This document shows positions 8,526 through 21,370 of a stretch of 64,000 nt of DNA, piece by piece (the first letter of the stretch is position 1; every line of letters begins with the position of its first letter). The notes below the pieces were generated by a model that made no database searches, was not told the origin of the DNA, and saw only the letters and a program-made list of their open reading frames with translations. Both the position numbers and the translations under genes were made by a program. The stretch comes from an uncultured Alphaproteobacteria bacterium (GTDB taxonomy: Bacteria; Pseudomonadota; Alphaproteobacteria; CAAHEQ01; UBA3637): the NCBI GenBank assembly GCA_934202735.1, contig CAKPYH010000005.1, positions 23,126 to 87,125 on the forward strand, read 5' to 3'.

Positions 8526-8954
8526 ATGGCAAAAAAAGTGATTGGCTTTATCAAGCTTCAAATTGAAGCCGGTAAAGCAAACCCGTCCCCTCCGGTCGGT
8601 CCGGCTTTGGGTCAACGCGGGTTGAACATTATGGAATTCTGCAAGGCATTTAATGCCAAGACGCAAAAAGAAGAACCGGGTTCTCCGATTCCTGTGATTA
8701 TTACGGCGTATGCCGATCGGACTTTTTCGTTCGTAACGAAATTGCCGCCGGTGAGTTATCTGATTAAAAAAGCCGCCGGATTAAAGAGTGCGTCCAAAGA
8801 ACCGGGACGGAGCAAAGCCGGTAAAATTACCAAAGCGCAAATTAAAGAAATTGCCGAAAAGAAAATGCCGGATATGAACTGTCATACGGTTGAATCGGCG
8901 ATGGAGATGGTGGCGGGCCAGGCCCGGTCCATGGGTATTGAAGTGGTGGAGTAA
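8526..8954 (+). CDS. rplK: 50S ribosomal protein L11
   Basis: [40 protein letters not shown] is the canonical L11 N-terminus. Confidence 0.97.
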   Translation: MAKKVIGFIKLQIEAGKANPSPPVGPALGQRGLNIMEFCKAFNAKTQKEEPGSPIPVIITAYADRTFSFVTKLPPVSYLIKKAAGLKSASKEPGRSKAGKITKAQIKEIAEKKMPDMNCHTVESAMEMVAGQARSMGIEVVE

Positions 8955-8958
8955 GACA

Positions 8959-9651
8959 ATGAAACAAGGTAAAAGATTGAAAAAAGCTTATGAATCCATT
9001 GATACCAACAAAGTATATTCTTTGGAAGAAGCCATTGCGGCGGTGAAAGCCGGTGCGACGGCCAAGTTTGACGAAACGATTGATATCGCGGTACGTTTGG
9101 GTGTTGATCCGCGCCAATCCGACCAAATGGTCCGGGGGGCGGTCTCTTTGCCGGCCGGTACGGGTAAAACTTTGAAAGTAGCCGTATTCGCCAAGGGTCC
9201 CAAAGCGGAAGAAGCCCGCAAAGCCGGTGCTGATATCGTTGGTGATGACGACTTGATGAACGACATTTTGGGTGGCAAGATTGATTTCCAACGGTTGATT
9301 GCAACGCCGGATATGATGGGTGTTGTGGGTCGCTTGGGTAAGGTCTTGGGCCCGAAAGGTTTAATGCCGAATCCGAAATTGGGAACCGTTACCATGGATG
9401 TGGTGAATGCCGTCAAGGCCGCTAAAGCCGGTCAGGTCCAATTCCGTGTGGATGCCGTTGGTGTTGTACATGCGGGTATCGGAAAAGCCAGTTTTGATGC
9501 GGACAAACTTGCCGAAAACGTTAAGGCTTTTGTCAAAACGTTAGCGGGTATGAAACCGGCTTCATCGTCCGGTGTTTACCTGCAACAGGTGGCGTTGTCC
9601 AGCACACAAGGCGTGGGCGTGAAAGTATCTATTCCGACTATTGTCGGTTAG
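8959..9651 (+). CDS. rplA: 50S ribosomal protein L1
   Basis: [15 protein letters not shown].. and ..[19 protein letters not shown] are L1 signatures. ATG 8959 lies 4 nt after the rplK stop. Confidence 0.97.
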   Translation: MKQGKRLKKAYESIDTNKVYSLEEAIAAVKAGATAKFDETIDIAVRLGVDPRQSDQMVRGAVSLPAGTGKTLKVAVFAKGPKAEEARKAGADIVGDDDLMNDILGGKIDFQRLIATPDMMGVVGRLGKVLGPKGLMPNPKLGTVTMDVVNAVKAAKAGQVQFRVDAVGVVHAGIGKASFDADKLAENVKAFVKTLAGMKPASSSGVYLQQVALSSTQGVGVKVSIPTIVG

Positions 9652-9906
9652 GATTGTTCGGCGTTCGGATTCCTGAACGCCGGCGAAACCTGTCCTAGAC
9701 TGCGGGTGTCTTATCACGGGATAAGATTTAAGGGAAAGCATTCCGCCGGCACAGACAGAAATGAATCAGTGATTCCTTCGGGGGTTAAAGAGGATTGTTT
9801 CTAGGCAGGAAATCAAGTGGGTGAGGCAAAGGGAAACTTTGCGGATCCTGTGTGGAAACCGAGGTTAGGGGAAACCCGAGATCTCATACATATGCGGAGA
9901 CATATC
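9652..9906 (+). promoter_or_regulatory. untranslated rplA-rplJ spacer, possible L10 leader
   Basis: Positional only. This is a 255-nt non-coding gap before rplJ with a hairpin (CGGCGTTC..GAACGCCG) at its 5' end. An L10-L12 autoregulatory leader is known at this position in other bacteria. Not matched to a model. Confidence 0.3.
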
Positions 9907-10395
9907 GTGAAACGTGAAGAAAAACAACAGCTGATTACCGAAATGAAAGATGTGTTCGGCAAAGCGCGTTTGGTCGTTGTGGTCCTGAATAAAGGATTGT
10001 CCATGGCCGAAACGACTGAATTGCGGAACAACGTCCGTAAAGATGGTGCCAGTTATCGTGTGGCTAAAAATCGTTTGGCAAAATTGGCTCTGACAGGAAC
10101 ACCGTGCGAATCCTTGGCGGATTTGTTGGTCGGCCCGACCGGTTTGGCGTATTCGGAAGACGAAATTGCGGCTTCCCGCGCCGTTGCCAAGATGGCCAAA
10201 GACAATGATCGCTTTGAAATTGTCGGCGGTGTCATGAACGGACAAAAGGTAGATGCCAACATGATTAAACAGTTGGCGGCACTGCCTTCTTTGGACGAAC
10301 TGCGTGGCAAGCTTATCGGCTTGTTGCAGGCTCCTGGCGGTCAGTTGGCCCGTTTGGCCAAGGCTTATTCCGAAAAGGAACAGGCTGCTGCTTAA
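9907..10395 (+). CDS. rplJ: 50S ribosomal protein L10
   Basis: VKREEKQQLITEMKDVF..ETTELR is L10-like. GTG 9907 lies 6 nt after GGAGA; the in-frame ATG 9892 is an alternative start. Confidence 0.9.
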   Translation: MKREEKQQLITEMKDVFGKARLVVVVLNKGLSMAETTELRNNVRKDGASYRVAKNRLAKLALTGTPCESLADLLVGPTGLAYSEDEIAASRAVAKMAKDNDRFEIVGGVMNGQKVDANMIKQLAALPSLDELRGKLIGLLQAPGGQLARLAKAYSEKEQAAA

Positions 10396-10441
10396 TGCAA
10401 TTTAACTTATAACAACTTAAACAAAAATAAAGGAAAATAAA

Positions 10442-10804
10442 ATGACTGATTTGAACAAAATTATTGATGAATTGTCCGCTTTGACGGTAATGGAAGCCGC
10501 CGAATTGGCCAAAATGTTGGAAGAAAAATGGGGCGTATCCGCTGCTGCTCCGGTTGCCGTGGCTGCCGCTGGTGCTGCCGCTGCCGAAGAAAAGACAGAA
10601 TTTGATGTGATTCTGGCTAATGGCGGGTCCAACAAGATCGCGGTGATTAAAGAAGTCCGGACAATCACCGGCTTGGGCTTGAAAGAAGCCAAAGACTTGG
10701 TTGAAGGTGCGCCGAAAGAAGTGAAGAAAGGTGTTGCCAAAGACGAAGCCGAAAAGATTAAGAAACAACTGGAAGCCGCCGGTGCTAAAGTTGAATTGAA
10801 GTAG
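10442..10804 (+). CDS. rplL: 50S ribosomal protein L7/L12
   Basis: Ala-rich hinge and the C-terminal domain [31 protein letters not shown]. Confidence 0.97.
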   Translation: MTDLNKIIDELSALTVMEAAELAKMLEEKWGVSAAAPVAVAAAGAAAAEEKTEFDVILANGGSNKIAVIKEVRTITGLGLKEAKDLVEGAPKEVKKGVAKDEAEKIKKQLEAAGAKVELK

Positions 10805-10889
10805 TTTGTACTTCACATCTGTGTTGGGTCGCATCAATTGAGTGTAAATTGATGACGGCCCGATACCGGTAAATAAAGACAAACGGGTC

Positions 10890-10919
10890 CCGGTGCCCTT
10901 TCACCGGCCAGATTTTTTT
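10890..10919 (+). terminator. weak hairpin plus T7 run in the rplL-rpoB spacer (possible attenuator)
   Basis: CCGGTG-loop-CACCGG, then CCAGA and TTTTTTT. A partial terminator is known at this position in E. coli. Confidence 0.35.
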
Positions 10920-10942
10920 GATTATTTTATGGGGAAAAACAC

Positions 10943-13900
10943 ATGATCAAACAAGAAACGAATCACAGAAGAGTTCGTAAAAATTTCGGAAAAATTGAAG
11001 CAGTTGCCCAAATGCCGAATTTAATCGGCGTGCAAACGGATTCTTACAATGAATTTTTGCAATGGGGTGTTCCTGAATCCGAAAGACAAGACAAAGGATT
11101 GCAGGCTGTTTTCAAATCCATCTTCCCGATTCATGATTTCGCCGGACGCGGTGATTTGGAATTTATCAAATACGAATTAGCTGCTCCCAAGTTTGATGTG
11201 GACGAATGTCTGAAACGCAGTTTGACATTCGGTGCCCCGGTGTATGCCAAGTTGCGCTTGGTGGTATGGGACGTGGATGCCGCGACCGGCGGACGTACCA
11301 TTCGGGATATTAAAGAACAGGATGTTTACATGGGCGACTTGCCGCTGATGACGGATAAAGGGACCTTTATTGTGAATGGGACGGAACGGGTTGTGGTTTC
11401 TCAGATGCACCGGTCCCCGGGTGTATTTTTTGATCATGATAACGGTGAAACGCATTCGTCGGGTAAGTTTCTGTTCGCGGCCCGGATTATCCCCTATCGC
11501 GGGTCTTGGATTGATTTTGAATTTGATGCCAAAGATTTATTGTATGTGCGGATTGACCGCCGGCGTAAGTTGCCGGTGTCTTCGCTGTTGTATGCGTTAG
11601 ATAGTGATTATACCGCCCAAAAGCGGGCCGAAGCGGCTGCGGCGGGACGTGAAATTGATCCGGCCGATGTATTCGGTATGGGTAAAGAAGAAATCTTGAA
11701 TTCTTTTTATCAAACCGTTGTATTTCACAAGGATAAAAAAGGATGGAAAACGGCATTTGAACCGGCTTTGTTAAAGGGGCAGAAACTGGCCTTTGATTTG
11801 GTGGATGCCAAAACGGGTAAAGTTGTTTTTGAAAAAGGTCAAAAATTAGTATCGGCCAAAGCGAACAAGTTAAAAAAAGACGGCCTGACCGAATATATTT
11901 TGCCGGAAGACGAATTAAACGGTCGTTTTGTGGCGACTGACATTGTGGACGAAAAAACGGGCGAAGTGGTTATGGAAGCCGGCGATGAACTCACCGAAGA
12001 TGACTTTGAAAAACTGCGTGAGATGAAGATCAAGGAATTGCCGGTTTTACATATTGATTATGTAACGGTCGGACCGTACATTCGTAATACATTGGTGGCG
12101 GATAAGAATACGACACGGGAAGAAGCCCTGATTGACATTTACAAGATTATGCGTCCGGGGGAATTACCGGTGGTGGAAACGGCCGATGTACTGTTCCGCA
12201 GTATGTTCTTTGATTTGGAACGGTATGACCTGTCGGCGGTCGGTCGTGTCAAGATGAATGCGCGCCTGGGGTTCAGTAATGAGGAAGTTCCCGATACCGT
12301 GCGCGTTTTGCGTAAAGCAGATATTTTGAAAATCTTGAAAACGTTGGTGGAAATCAAAGACGGACAGGGCGAAATTGATGATATTGATAACCTGGGGAAC
12401 CGGCGGGTCCGGTCCGTGGGTGAATTGATGGAAAATCAATATCGTTTGGGCTTGTTGCGTATGGAACGCATGATACGCGAAAAAATGACATCCAGCGAAA
12501 TTGATTCGGTGATGCCGTATGATTTAATCAATGCCAAGCCGTTATCGGCCGCGGTGCGTGAATTTTTCGCCAGCAGTCAGCTCAGTCAGTTTATGGATCA
12601 AAATAACCCCTTGTCTGAAATTACGCATAAACGGCGGTTATCCGCTTTGGGGCCGGGCGGTTTAACGCGGGATCGGGCCGGTATGGAAGTGCGCGATGTG
12701 CATCCCACACACTATGGCCGTATTTGCCCCATTGAATCGCCGGAAGGTCAAAACATCGGGTTGATTAACTCGTTAGCCAGTTATGCGCGAATCAATAAAT
12801 ACGGGTTTATTGAAACCCCGTATCGCAAGGTGGTTGATGCCAAGGTGACCGATGAAGTGGTGTACTTGTCCGCGATGGAAGAAGCGCGCTATAACATTGC
12901 TCAGGCGAATGCGAAACTGAATGATAAGGGCGAGTTTACGGAAGAATTGGTAACGTCTCGTCGGGCCGGCGAAGTGGTTTTGGTACGGCCGCAAGAAGTG
13001 GACTTGATTGACGTGTCGCCCAAGCAGGTGGTCTCGGTTGCGGCGGCGTTGATTCCGTTCTTGGAAAACGATGACGCGCACCGGGCATTGATGGGATCTA
13101 ACATGCAACGGCAAGGTGTGCCTTTGTTGAAGGTGCAGGCTCCGTTGGTCGGTACGGGTATGGAAGCGGTTGTGGCCAAGGATTCCAAAGCCGCCATTAC
13201 GGCCAAGCGGTCCGGTGTGGTGCAACAAGTAGACTCGTCTCGTATTGTGATTCGGGCAACCGATGAATTGAGTTCTACCGCTTCGGGTGTGGATATTTAT
13301 ACGCTGGAAAAATTCCAACGGTCCAATCAGGGGACATGTATGACTCAACAACCGATTGTGAAAACCGGTGAGGTGGTCAACAAAGGCGATATTATTGCCG
13401 ATGGTCCGTGTACACAATTGGGTGAATTGGCCTTGGGACGGAACGTTCTGGTGGCATTTGTGCCGTGGAACGGGTATAACTATGAAGACTCGGTGTTGAT
13501 TTCCGAACGGATTGCCCGTGATGATGTGTTTACCTCTATTCACTTGGAAGAATTTGAAGTAACGGCACGGGATACCAAACTGGGCCAGGAAGAAATTACA
13601 CGGGACATCCCGAATGTCGGTGAAGAAGGGTTAAAGAACCTGGACGAAACCGGTGTGATTTATATCGGGGCGGAAGTTAAAGCCGGTGATATTTTGGTCG
13701 GTAAAGTAACACCGAAGGGTGAAACGATTATGACACCGGAAGAAAAACTGTTGCGGACAATCTTTGGCGAAAAAGCAGCCGATGTGCGCGATTCTTCTTT
13801 GCGGGTACCGCCGGGCATTTCCGGAACGGTGGTGGATGTGCGTGTGTTCACGCGGCGCGGCTTGGAAAAAGACGAACGGGCCTTGTCCATTGAACAAGCG

Positions 13901-15124
13901 GAAATCAGTCGCTTGGCCAAAGATCGGGACGATGAAAAAGCCATTATTCAAGGCAGTTTCTATGACCGTATTCGGGGCTTGTTGGCGGGACAGAAAGTGT
14001 CCAAGGCGACCGGGTTCAAAGCCGGTACCGTTTTGACGGCCGATGCTTTGGCGGCGGTGAAGAATATGGATTTACGCAAAATCAATGTGGCCGATGACAC
14101 CGTGATGAGTGAAATTGAACAGTTGCTCAAAACGTTGGATGATGCCGAAGCGGCTTTGCAGGCCAAGTTTGAAAACCGGGTGGAAAAATTGCAACGCGGT
14201 GATGAAATGATGGCCGGCGAATTAAAGAAGATTAAAGTCTTTGTCGCCACAAAACGTAAATTACAACCGGGTGATAAAATGTCCGGTCGTCACGGGAACA
14301 AAGGTGTGGTCTCACGCGTGTTGCCGATTGAAGATATGCCTTATACCGAAAACGGAACGCCGATGGATATCGTGTTGAATCCGTTGGGTGTGCCATCGCG
14401 TATGAATGTGGGTCAGATTTTAGAAACACATTTGGGCTATGCCTGTCATGAATTGGGTCGTCAAATCGGCGAGATCGTGGATCAGGTAAAGGCCAAAGCC
14501 GCCGGTATGGATACCTTGAAAGAGAAACTGAAACAGGTGTACGGTGAACGGGAATATAACAACAAGATTGCCGATATGACGGATACCGAAGTGTTGGCAA
14601 TGAGTGAGAACCTGAAAGACGGTGTTCCCATTGCAACCCCGGTGTTTGACGGTGCACATCAAGATGACATTGATAATATGTTAAAGATGGCAGGCTTGAA
14701 TGTGTCGGGTCAGGTTACGTTATATGACGGATTGACGGGCGAACCGTTTGATCGGCCGGTAACAATCGGGTACATGTACATGTTGAAATTGCACCATTTG
14801 GTGGACGAAAAGATTCACGCACGGTCCATTGGTCCGTACAGTTTGGTCACACAACAACCTTTGGGCGGTAAGGCTCAATTCGGGGGCCAACGGTTCGGTG
14901 AAATGGAAGTGTGGGCTTTGGAAGCCTATGGGGCGGCCTATACTTTACAGGAAATGTTGACGATCAAGTCCGATGACGTTTCCGGTCGTATCAAGGCGTA
15001 TGAAACCATTATCCGCGGGGACAACAACTTTGAAGCCGGTATTCCGGAATCTTTCAACGTGTTGACCAAGGAAATGCGCTCATTGGCTTTGGATGTGGAA
15101 TTAAACCAACGCGAAAGTAAATAA
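10943..15124 (+). CDS. rpoB: DNA-directed RNA polymerase subunit beta
   Basis: 1393 aa. Conserved blocks are present, e.g. [24 protein letters not shown] and [10 protein letters not shown]. Confidence 0.99.
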   Translation: MIKQETNHRRVRKNFGKIEAVAQMPNLIGVQTDSYNEFLQWGVPESERQDKGLQAVFKSIFPIHDFAGRGDLEFIKYELAAPKFDVDECLKRSLTFGAPVYAKLRLVVWDVDAATGGRTIRDIKEQDVYMGDLPLMTDKGTFIVNGTERVVVSQMHRSPGVFFDHDNGETHSSGKFLFAARIIPYRGSWIDFEFDAKDLLYVRIDRRRKLPVSSLLYALDSDYTAQKRAEAAAAGREIDPADVFGMGKEEILNSFYQTVVFHKDKKGWKTAFEPALLKGQKLAFDLVDAKTGKVVFEKGQKLVSAKANKLKKDGLTEYILPEDELNGRFVATDIVDEKTGEVVMEAGDELTEDDFEKLREMKIKELPVLHIDYVTVGPYIRNTLVADKNTTREEALIDIYKIMRPGELPVVETADVLFRSMFFDLERYDLSAVGRVKMNARLGFSNEEVPDTVRVLRKADILKILKTLVEIKDGQGEIDDIDNLGNRRVRSVGELMENQYRLGLLRMERMIREKMTSSEIDSVMPYDLINAKPLSAAVREFFASSQLSQFMDQNNPLSEITHKRRLSALGPGGLTRDRAGMEVRDVHPTHYGRICPIESPEGQNIGLINSLASYARINKYGFIETPYRKVVDAKVTDEVVYLSAMEEARYNIAQANAKLNDKGEFTEELVTSRRAGEVVLVRPQEVDLIDVSPKQVVSVAAALIPFLENDDAHRALMGSNMQRQGVPLLKVQAPLVGTGMEAVVAKDSKAAITAKRSGVVQQVDSSRIVIRATDELSSTASGVDIYTLEKFQRSNQGTCMTQQPIVKTGEVVNKGDIIADGPCTQLGELALGRNVLVAFVPWNGYNYEDSVLISERIARDDVFTSIHLEEFEVTARDTKLGQEEITRDIPNVGEEGLKNLDETGVIYIGAEVKAGDILVGKVTPKGETIMTPEEKLLRTIFGEKAADVRDSSLRVPPGISGTVVDVRVFTRRGLEKDERALSIEQAEISRLAKDRDDEKAIIQGSFYDRIRGLLAGQKVSKATGFKAGTVLTADALAAVKNMDLRKINVADDTVMSEIEQLLKTLDDAEAALQAKFENRVEKLQRGDEMMAGELKKIKVFVATKRKLQPGDKMSGRHGNKGVVSRVLPIEDMPYTENGTPMDIVLNPLGVPSRMNVGQILETHLGYACHELGRQIGEIVDQVKAKAAGMDTLKEKLKQVYGEREYNNKIADMTDTEVLAMSENLKDGVPIATPVFDGAHQDDIDNMLKMAGLNVSGQVTLYDGLTGEPFDRPVTIGYMYMLKLHHLVDEKIHARSIGPYSLVTQQPLGGKAQFGGQRFGEMEVWALEAYGAAYTLQEMLTIKSDDVSGRIKAYETIIRGDNNFEAGIPESFNVLTKEMRSLALDVELNQRESK

Positions 15125-15183
15125 TCAAACGGGGAAAGGGTATCCCCCTTTCCCTTTAACCCAGAAACAAAAGGCAAGACAAG

Positions 15184-18100
15184 ATGAATGAACTAATTAC
15201 AAACTTTGGCCCCGTTGCCAACCCGCAATCTTTTGATGATATTCGGATTTCCATTGCATCGCCCGAAAAAATCCGCAGCTGGTCTTTCGGGGAAGTGACA
15301 CGGCCGGAAACCATCAACTATCGGACTTTCAAGCCGGAAAAAGACGGGTTGTTTTGTGCCAAGATTTTCGGACCGGTCAAAGATTATGAATGTTTATGCG
15401 GCAAGTATAAGCGCATGAAATACCGCGGTATTACCTGTGAAAAGTGCGGTGTGGAAGTAACGTTATCCAAAGTACGGCGGGAACGGATGGGGCATATTGA
15501 ATTGGCTTGTCCCGTCACGCATATTTGGTTTTTGAAGTCGTTGCCCAGTCGGATTGGGACGTTGCTGGATATGATGTTAAAGAATCTGGAAGCGGTCCTG
15601 TATTTTGAAAAATACATTGTGATTGAACCGGGTACCACGGCGTTAAAATTGCATGACTTGTTGACCGAAGAACAATATCAACAGGCTCTGGAAGATTACG
15701 GCGAAGATGCTTTCCGGGTCGGTATCGGTGCCGAAGCCATTAAAGAAATGCTCAGTCAGATTGACTTGTCCGCCGAAGCGACCAGCTTGCGGGCCGAATT
15801 GATTGAAACCAAGTCGGATATGAAGCGCAAGAAAATCGTCAAGAAATTGAAATTGGTGGAAGCATTTTTGGAATCCGGATCTCGTCCGGAATGGATGGTT
15901 TTGGATGTTTTGCCGGTCATTCCGCCGGAATTGCGTCCGTTGGTGCCGTTGGACGGCGGTCGTTTTGCCACTTCGGATTTGAATGACTTGTATCGTCGGG
16001 TCATCAATCGGAATAACCGGTTAAAACGATTGTTGGAACTGCGGGCTCCGGAAATTATTATCCGTAATGAAAAGCGGATGTTGCAAGAAGCGGTTGATGC
16101 GTTATTTGATAACGGTCGGCGCGGACGGGCGGTGGCCGGTATGAACAAACGCCCCTTAAAATCCTTGGCGGATATGTTAAAGGGGAAACAAGGTCGTTTC
16201 CGTCAAAACCTGTTGGGGAAACGGGTGGACTACTCGGGTCGTTCCGTGATTACGGTGGGGCCGGAATTGATGTTGCATCAATGCGGTTTGCCCAAACGGA
16301 TGGCGTTGGAATTGTTCAAGCCGTTTATTTTCTCAAAACTGGAACAATACGGTATTGCCTCTACAATTAAAGCGGCCAAGAAAATGGTTGAAAAAGAACG
16401 GCCCGAAGTGTGGGATATTTTGTCCGAAGTGATTCGGGAACATCCGGTGCTGCTCAATCGGGCTCCGACATTACACCGTTTGGGGATTCAAGCCTTTGAA
16501 CCGGTCTTGATTGAAGGGAAAGCGATTCAGTTGCACCCGTTGGTCTGTACGGCGTTTAACGCGGACTTTGACGGCGACCAGATGGCTGTACACGTTCCGT
16601 TGTCTATGGAGGCTCAACTGGAAGCCCGTGTGTTGATGATGTCCACAAACAACATCTTGTCGCCGGCATCGGGTAAGCCGATTATCGTGCCGACTCAGGA
16701 CGTTATTTTGGGCCTGTATTACATGTCTATGGCTTTGGACGGGGAACCGGGTGAAGGCATGATCTTTTCATGCCCGCAGGAAATTGAACACGCGTTGTTT
16801 AACCATGTTGTGACGTTGCACTCCAAAATCAAGGTGCGCTTGACAATTATGGAAGATAACGGGGTTAAGAATACCCGTGTGGTGGAAACAACTCCGGGGC
16901 GGATGAAGTTAGCGGCGTTGTTGCCGGATAACAGCAAGATTCCGTTCAGTTTGATGAACCGCCTGATTCGGAAAAAAGAAGTCTCCGATATTATTGATGC
17001 GGTGTATCGTTTCTGCGGTCAAAAAGAAACCTGTATTTTTGCCGATCGGATTATGGGCTTGGGGTATCGTCAGGCGGCTAAATCCGGTATTTCTTTCGGT
17101 AAGGATGACTTGATTATTCCGGACGAAAAGAAAAAATTATTGGCCGAAACCGAAAAGAAAACAACCGAATTTGAACGGCAATATCAGGACGGCTTGATTA
17201 CCCGTTTGGAAAAATACAACAAAGTTGTGGATGCTTGGGCGGCCTGTACGGATGCGATTTCGGAAGCGATGATGAAGCGGATTTCCAAAATTGAACCCGG
17301 CAAGCCCGTCAACTCGGTGTACATGATGGCTAATTCCGGCGCGCGGGGCAGTGCGGCTCAGATGCGTCAGTTGGCCGGTATGCGGGGATTGATGGCCAAG
17401 CCGAACGGTGAAATTATTGAAACGCCTATTCGGTCCAACTTCAAAGAAGGGTTGACCGTTATGGAATACTTTAACTCTACCCACGGTGCCCGGAAAGGGT
17501 TGGTGGATACGGCGTTAAAGACGGCGAACTCGGGGTATTTGACGCGGCGTTTGGTGGATGTGGCGCAAGATGCCATTATTACCATGGAAGACTGCGGTAC
17601 CGATAAGGGCATTACCATTCAACCGATTATTGAAGGCGGTGATGTGATTGCCACGACCGGTGAACGGATCTTGGGTCGGACATCGGCCGAAGATATTAAA
17701 AATCCGGAAACCGGCGAAATCATCGTACCCAAGAATCATTTGATTGATGAAAACGATGTGGAACGGATTGATAATGCGGGTGTGGAATCGGTTAAGATTC
17801 GTTCGGTGTTGACCTGTGAAGCCGAAGACGGTATCTGTGCGGCGTGCTATGGGCGTGATTTAGCACGCGGAACGCCGGTGAACTTGGGTGAAGTGGTCGG
17901 CATTATTGCCGCGCAGTCCATTGGGGAACCGGGGACGCAGTTGACGATGCGGACCTTCCACATCGGGGGTGCGGCGCAACGGGGTGCTGAACAGTCTTTT
18001 GTAGATGCGGCCTTTGATGCCAAAGTGCGTTTAGGCAACTGCAACACAATCAAGAACTCGGCCGGCGATGTGATTGTTCTGTCGCGGAATTGCGAAGTGT

Positions 18101-19323
18101 CGTTGTTGGATGCCAACGGTCGTGAAAAGGTCCGGCACAAGGTGCCTTATGGCGGAAAACTGATGGTTACGGATAAACAACAAGTGGCCAAAGGGACGCG
18201 GTTGGCCGAATGGGATCCGTATACAACGCCTATTATTGTGGATAAGGCCGGTACAATCAAGTTTGTTGATTTGATTGATGGCGAGACCATTCGTCAGGTG
18301 ATTGATGAAGCCACCGGTTTGGCCTCTACCGTGGTGATGGATTGGCGGCAACAGTCGTCCAAGCATGAACGTAAACCGCATATTGCGTTGTTGGATGCCA
18401 AGGGCAAAGTGTTCAAATCATCCAGTGGTGCCGAATCTCGCTACTATCTGGCGGCTGATGCCGTGGTGGCTGTCGCCGATGGTCAGCAGGTCCAACCCGG
18501 TGATGTGTTGGCACGGTTGCCGCGTGAATCCACAAAAACGCGTGATATTACGGGTGGTTTGCCGCGGGTGGCCGAATTATTTGAAGCTCGTCGTCCCAAA
18601 GATGCCGCTATCATTTCCGAAATCAGCGGTCGTGTAGAATTCGGGGCGGACTTCAAAGCAAAACGGCGTGTCTTTGTCATTGGTGAAAATGAAGATGACA
18701 AGCGTGAATACTTGATTCCGAAAGGTGTCTCAGTGGCGGTGCACGAAGGCGATATTATTCAAAAGGGCGATTTGATTGTAGAAGGGGCTTTGGTTCCGCA
18801 CGACATCTTGCGTATTATGGGTGTGGAAGCGTTGGCTCAATACATGATCAAAGAAGTCCAAGCCGTCTATCGCTTGCAAGGTGTGCGGATCAATGATAAG
18901 CACATTGAAGTCATTGTACGTCAGATGATGCGCAAGATGGAAGTGGTTGATCCGGGTGATACGACTTTGTTGGCCGGTGAGCAGGTTGACAAAGAAACCC
19001 TGGTTCAGGAAAATGTCAAAGCGGTTCAGGCCGGCGGGCGTGAGGCTAAGGCGGCTCCTGTACTGCTGGGGATTACCAAAGCCAGTTTGCAAACCAAATC
19101 GTTTATTTCTGCGGCCTCGTTCCAAGAAACAACGCGTGTGTTGACCGAAGCGGCCGTGGCCGGCAAACGGGATCCGTTGCACGGGTTGAAGGAAAACGTC
19201 ATCGTCGGTCGGTTGATTTCGGCCGGAACAGGGGCGCAAATGCAACGCCTGCGTCAGTTGGCGGCGGAACGCGATAAAGAAATCGTAGATGCCCGCAACA
19301 AAGAAACGGCGAACATTGGCTAA
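15184..19323 (+). CDS. rpoC: DNA-directed RNA polymerase subunit beta'
   Basis: 1379 aa. Zn finger CLCGKYK..CEKCG and the catalytic [12 protein letters not shown] motif. Confidence 0.99.
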   Translation: MNELITNFGPVANPQSFDDIRISIASPEKIRSWSFGEVTRPETINYRTFKPEKDGLFCAKIFGPVKDYECLCGKYKRMKYRGITCEKCGVEVTLSKVRRERMGHIELACPVTHIWFLKSLPSRIGTLLDMMLKNLEAVLYFEKYIVIEPGTTALKLHDLLTEEQYQQALEDYGEDAFRVGIGAEAIKEMLSQIDLSAEATSLRAELIETKSDMKRKKIVKKLKLVEAFLESGSRPEWMVLDVLPVIPPELRPLVPLDGGRFATSDLNDLYRRVINRNNRLKRLLELRAPEIIIRNEKRMLQEAVDALFDNGRRGRAVAGMNKRPLKSLADMLKGKQGRFRQNLLGKRVDYSGRSVITVGPELMLHQCGLPKRMALELFKPFIFSKLEQYGIASTIKAAKKMVEKERPEVWDILSEVIREHPVLLNRAPTLHRLGIQAFEPVLIEGKAIQLHPLVCTAFNADFDGDQMAVHVPLSMEAQLEARVLMMSTNNILSPASGKPIIVPTQDVILGLYYMSMALDGEPGEGMIFSCPQEIEHALFNHVVTLHSKIKVRLTIMEDNGVKNTRVVETTPGRMKLAALLPDNSKIPFSLMNRLIRKKEVSDIIDAVYRFCGQKETCIFADRIMGLGYRQAAKSGISFGKDDLIIPDEKKKLLAETEKKTTEFERQYQDGLITRLEKYNKVVDAWAACTDAISEAMMKRISKIEPGKPVNSVYMMANSGARGSAAQMRQLAGMRGLMAKPNGEIIETPIRSNFKEGLTVMEYFNSTHGARKGLVDTALKTANSGYLTRRLVDVAQDAIITMEDCGTDKGITIQPIIEGGDVIATTGERILGRTSAEDIKNPETGEIIVPKNHLIDENDVERIDNAGVESVKIRSVLTCEAEDGICAACYGRDLARGTPVNLGEVVGIIAAQSIGEPGTQLTMRTFHIGGAAQRGAEQSFVDAAFDAKVRLGNCNTIKNSAGDVIVLSRNCEVSLLDANGREKVRHKVPYGGKLMVTDKQQVAKGTRLAEWDPYTTPIIVDKAGTIKFVDLIDGETIRQVIDEATGLASTVVMDWRQQSSKHERKPHIALLDAKGKVFKSSSGAESRYYLAADAVVAVADGQQVQPGDVLARLPRESTKTRDITGGLPRVAELFEARRPKDAAIISEISGRVEFGADFKAKRRVFVIGENEDDKREYLIPKGVSVAVHEGDIIQKGDLIVEGALVPHDILRIMGVEALAQYMIKEVQAVYRLQGVRINDKHIEVIVRQMMRKMEVVDPGDTTLLAGEQVDKETLVQENVKAVQAGGREAKAAPVLLGITKASLQTKSFISAASFQETTRVLTEAAVAGKRDPLHGLKENVIVGRLISAGTGAQMQRLRQLAAERDKEIVDARNKETANIG

Positions 19324-19331
19324 AACCAATC

Positions 19332-19359
19332 AGGCCCCCGAATGTCGGGGGCCTTTTTG
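19332..19359 (+). terminator. intrinsic terminator of the rpoBC operon
   Basis: Perfect 10-bp stem AGGCCCCCGA/TCGGGGGCCT with a 3-nt loop, followed by TTTTT. Confidence 0.85.
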
Positions 19360-19397
19360 TATATTCAATCTTGATACTGAAATGTCGTGCAGTGATA

Positions 19398-19907
19398 TTA
19401 TCGTTCCAGTATGCGCACGTGGTCCCGGCGGTGTGCGGCGGCACGTCCTTGTCGGACATAGCGTTCCATTTGGCGTAAAACGGGTATTTCGGCCGCTGAA
19501 ATAGGGTAGGGGGTCTCTTTCCAGGTGGTTTGAGACAAGACCATTTGCCAAGATAAATCACGGCAAAACGGGGTGAGTGTATCCCAATAGGAATGGTCCA
19601 GACAATACTCTGTTTCGCGGGCGACACAGGCCATATTCATTTTCGGGTGTACCATCAACGACCGGACCAGGTCCAGACACGCCGACCGTTTTTCCGGATG
19701 ATGATAAAGCGTATCCAAAACAATCATCAACGGTTTGACCTGTATTTTCTTTTTATGGTACAAGGGGTTGTCGTGATAGGATATCGTCCCGCCGGCAACA
19801 AGTGTATTCACATCGGCCCCTTTATTCAAGGCATCTTGAGCCATTTCCGCCTGTCCGGCGCGGCAAGCCGCCACCAAGCGGCGTGTTTGAATATGCAAAA
19901 AATCCAT
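19398..19907 (-). CDS. hypothetical protein with one ankyrin-like N-terminal motif
   Basis: AAGGAG SD precedes ATG 19907. LVAACRAGQAEMAQDALNKGADVN resembles an ANK repeat; the rest is unrecognised. Confidence 0.55.
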   Translation of the reverse strand: MDFLHIQTRRLVAACRAGQAEMAQDALNKGADVNTLVAGGTISYHDNPLYHKKKIQVKPLMIVLDTLYHHPEKRSACLDLVRSLMVHPKMNMACVARETEYCLDHSYWDTLTPFCRDLSWQMVLSQTTWKETPYPISAAEIPVLRQMERYVRQGRAAAHRRDHVRILER

Positions 19908-19964
19908 GGTTCATCTCCTTATAATACATTATTATAGGTCGTTTTTGATTTTTGTCAATCATTT

Positions 19965-20891
19965 TTATTTTTTCTCTTGTTTGACGCTTAGTGCGCTTTG
20001 AAAATCCCACAAGACAGTTATTTCATCATAAAACTGTTCCAAAGCCTTGACGGTTTCCGTTTGGGGCATGTCATCCAATTCCAACATATCCCTGTTCATA
20101 TCAATGGCTAGTACCACCTGATTATTGATAAAAAGTGCGTTGATGGGGGCTTGATAAATATCGTGTAATTTTTGAAATTTCTCTATCAACACCGGTGTGA
20201 ACAGTGCCTGAGATTTTGCGGGATCTAATCCGACAATTTGATATATTTCCATGAAGTTTTTATGTTCTAATTTAACGGTCTTCCATTTGGTATGTCGGAG
20301 ATATGTTTTGAACCGTGCCAGTATAGGCGTGTTTTTTTTATCTAAAACAAGTGTTGTCGGATAGGGACAATTCATTTTGAATGTAATGATAGGCCCATAA
20401 AAAGAAACGGTGCGAGCATAAGAGGCTTCTATTTCTTGTATTAAGATATTCCGTGTTTTAAGGGCGTGCTTCATCCGAATATAATAGCCGGGAAACAGGC
20501 CCAGATGTTTTAATTTTTCAATCACGCCCCGATTTTTTTGTACTTTTTTAAGTCCCAAGTCCGTATAAAGAACTGTCATAAAACCAGACGTTATCTTGTC
20601 GTTTGAAATGTTAAGGGAAAAGCTGTATAGCAAGCAAAGCGGAAAAAAAGGTGTGAAAATAACGCGAAATAAAAATGCAAGATAATCACCTATCAATAAA
20701 ATAATATCGGTATTATTTTGGATATTTCGTGCGGGCCATTCCCCAAATAAAAGCATCAAAAACACACCCAGAATATACAAACACAAAAAAACGAATTTTA
20801 TCTTTTTATCATGGAATAACATGTTATTCTGCCGTGCTTGAAAAGGCCGTTCCTGTTCAATATGTTTTATGAATTCTTGTTTTGTAAGCAT
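19965..20891 (-). CDS. hypothetical membrane protein (possibly DUF3137-like)
   Basis: AGGAG SD. Visibly AT-rich. Hydrophobic helices lie near the N-terminus. The C-terminal part (VKLEHKNFMEIYQIVGLDPAKSQALFTPVLIEKFQKL) resembles DUF3137 as I recall it; unverified. Confidence 0.5.
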   Translation of the reverse strand: MLTKQEFIKHIEQERPFQARQNNMLFHDKKIKFVFLCLYILGVFLMLLFGEWPARNIQNNTDIILLIGDYLAFLFRVIFTPFFPLCLLYSFSLNISNDKITSGFMTVLYTDLGLKKVQKNRGVIEKLKHLGLFPGYYIRMKHALKTRNILIQEIEASYARTVSFYGPIITFKMNCPYPTTLVLDKKNTPILARFKTYLRHTKWKTVKLEHKNFMEIYQIVGLDPAKSQALFTPVLIEKFQKLHDIYQAPINALFINNQVVLAIDMNRDMLELDDMPQTETVKALEQFYDEITVLWDFQSALSVKQEKK

Positions 20892-21327
20892 ATCTTATCT
20901 CCTACCTGGGGACATTATTATAAATATATCTTTGCTTTCTGTCAATATGTTAAACGTTTTTGTCTGAGACCTGTGCTGAGATGATATTGGATTTATTTTT
21001 GGAAACAACAGGTGTACTTTTGGTGTTGCCTTTGGGACCGCCCCTAATACACTTTGTTTCTTGTCATTGCCAGAACACCGGGACAGGTATGGTTACCCGC
21101 CAGACCATAGTATCATAAATCAAGTCGTCTTTGCAACCTTTTTTTACACTTTTTGAACTTTCTTTGTGCCGGGGGATTTTGGCGCGCCAGGACCACGGTC
21201 CGTGTGCGGGTTGGGCGGGAAAAAACGGGGGATTTCTTTCCCCGAGAATCTCCGACAAAACCAAAAGAAACAGGGGTGTACGTGTCGGGACACGTTCGCA
21301 AAAGAATACAACGGATTTCACATATAA

Positions 21328-21354
21328 AGATACCCACCAAAACGGTGGGTATCT
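21328..21354 (-). terminator. hairpin downstream of lpxC
   Basis: Perfect 11-bp stem AGATACCCACC/GGTGGGTATCT, followed by TTTATAT on the minus strand. Confidence 0.55.
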
Positions 21355-21370
21355 GATCCGAATGCGGAAA

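Noticed and set aside
12773-13543. 256-aa minus-strand ORF, plus many other antisense ORFs within 10943-19323
   Set aside because: All lie inside rpoB/rpoC on the opposite strand. Their composition is typical of shadow frames of highly expressed genes.
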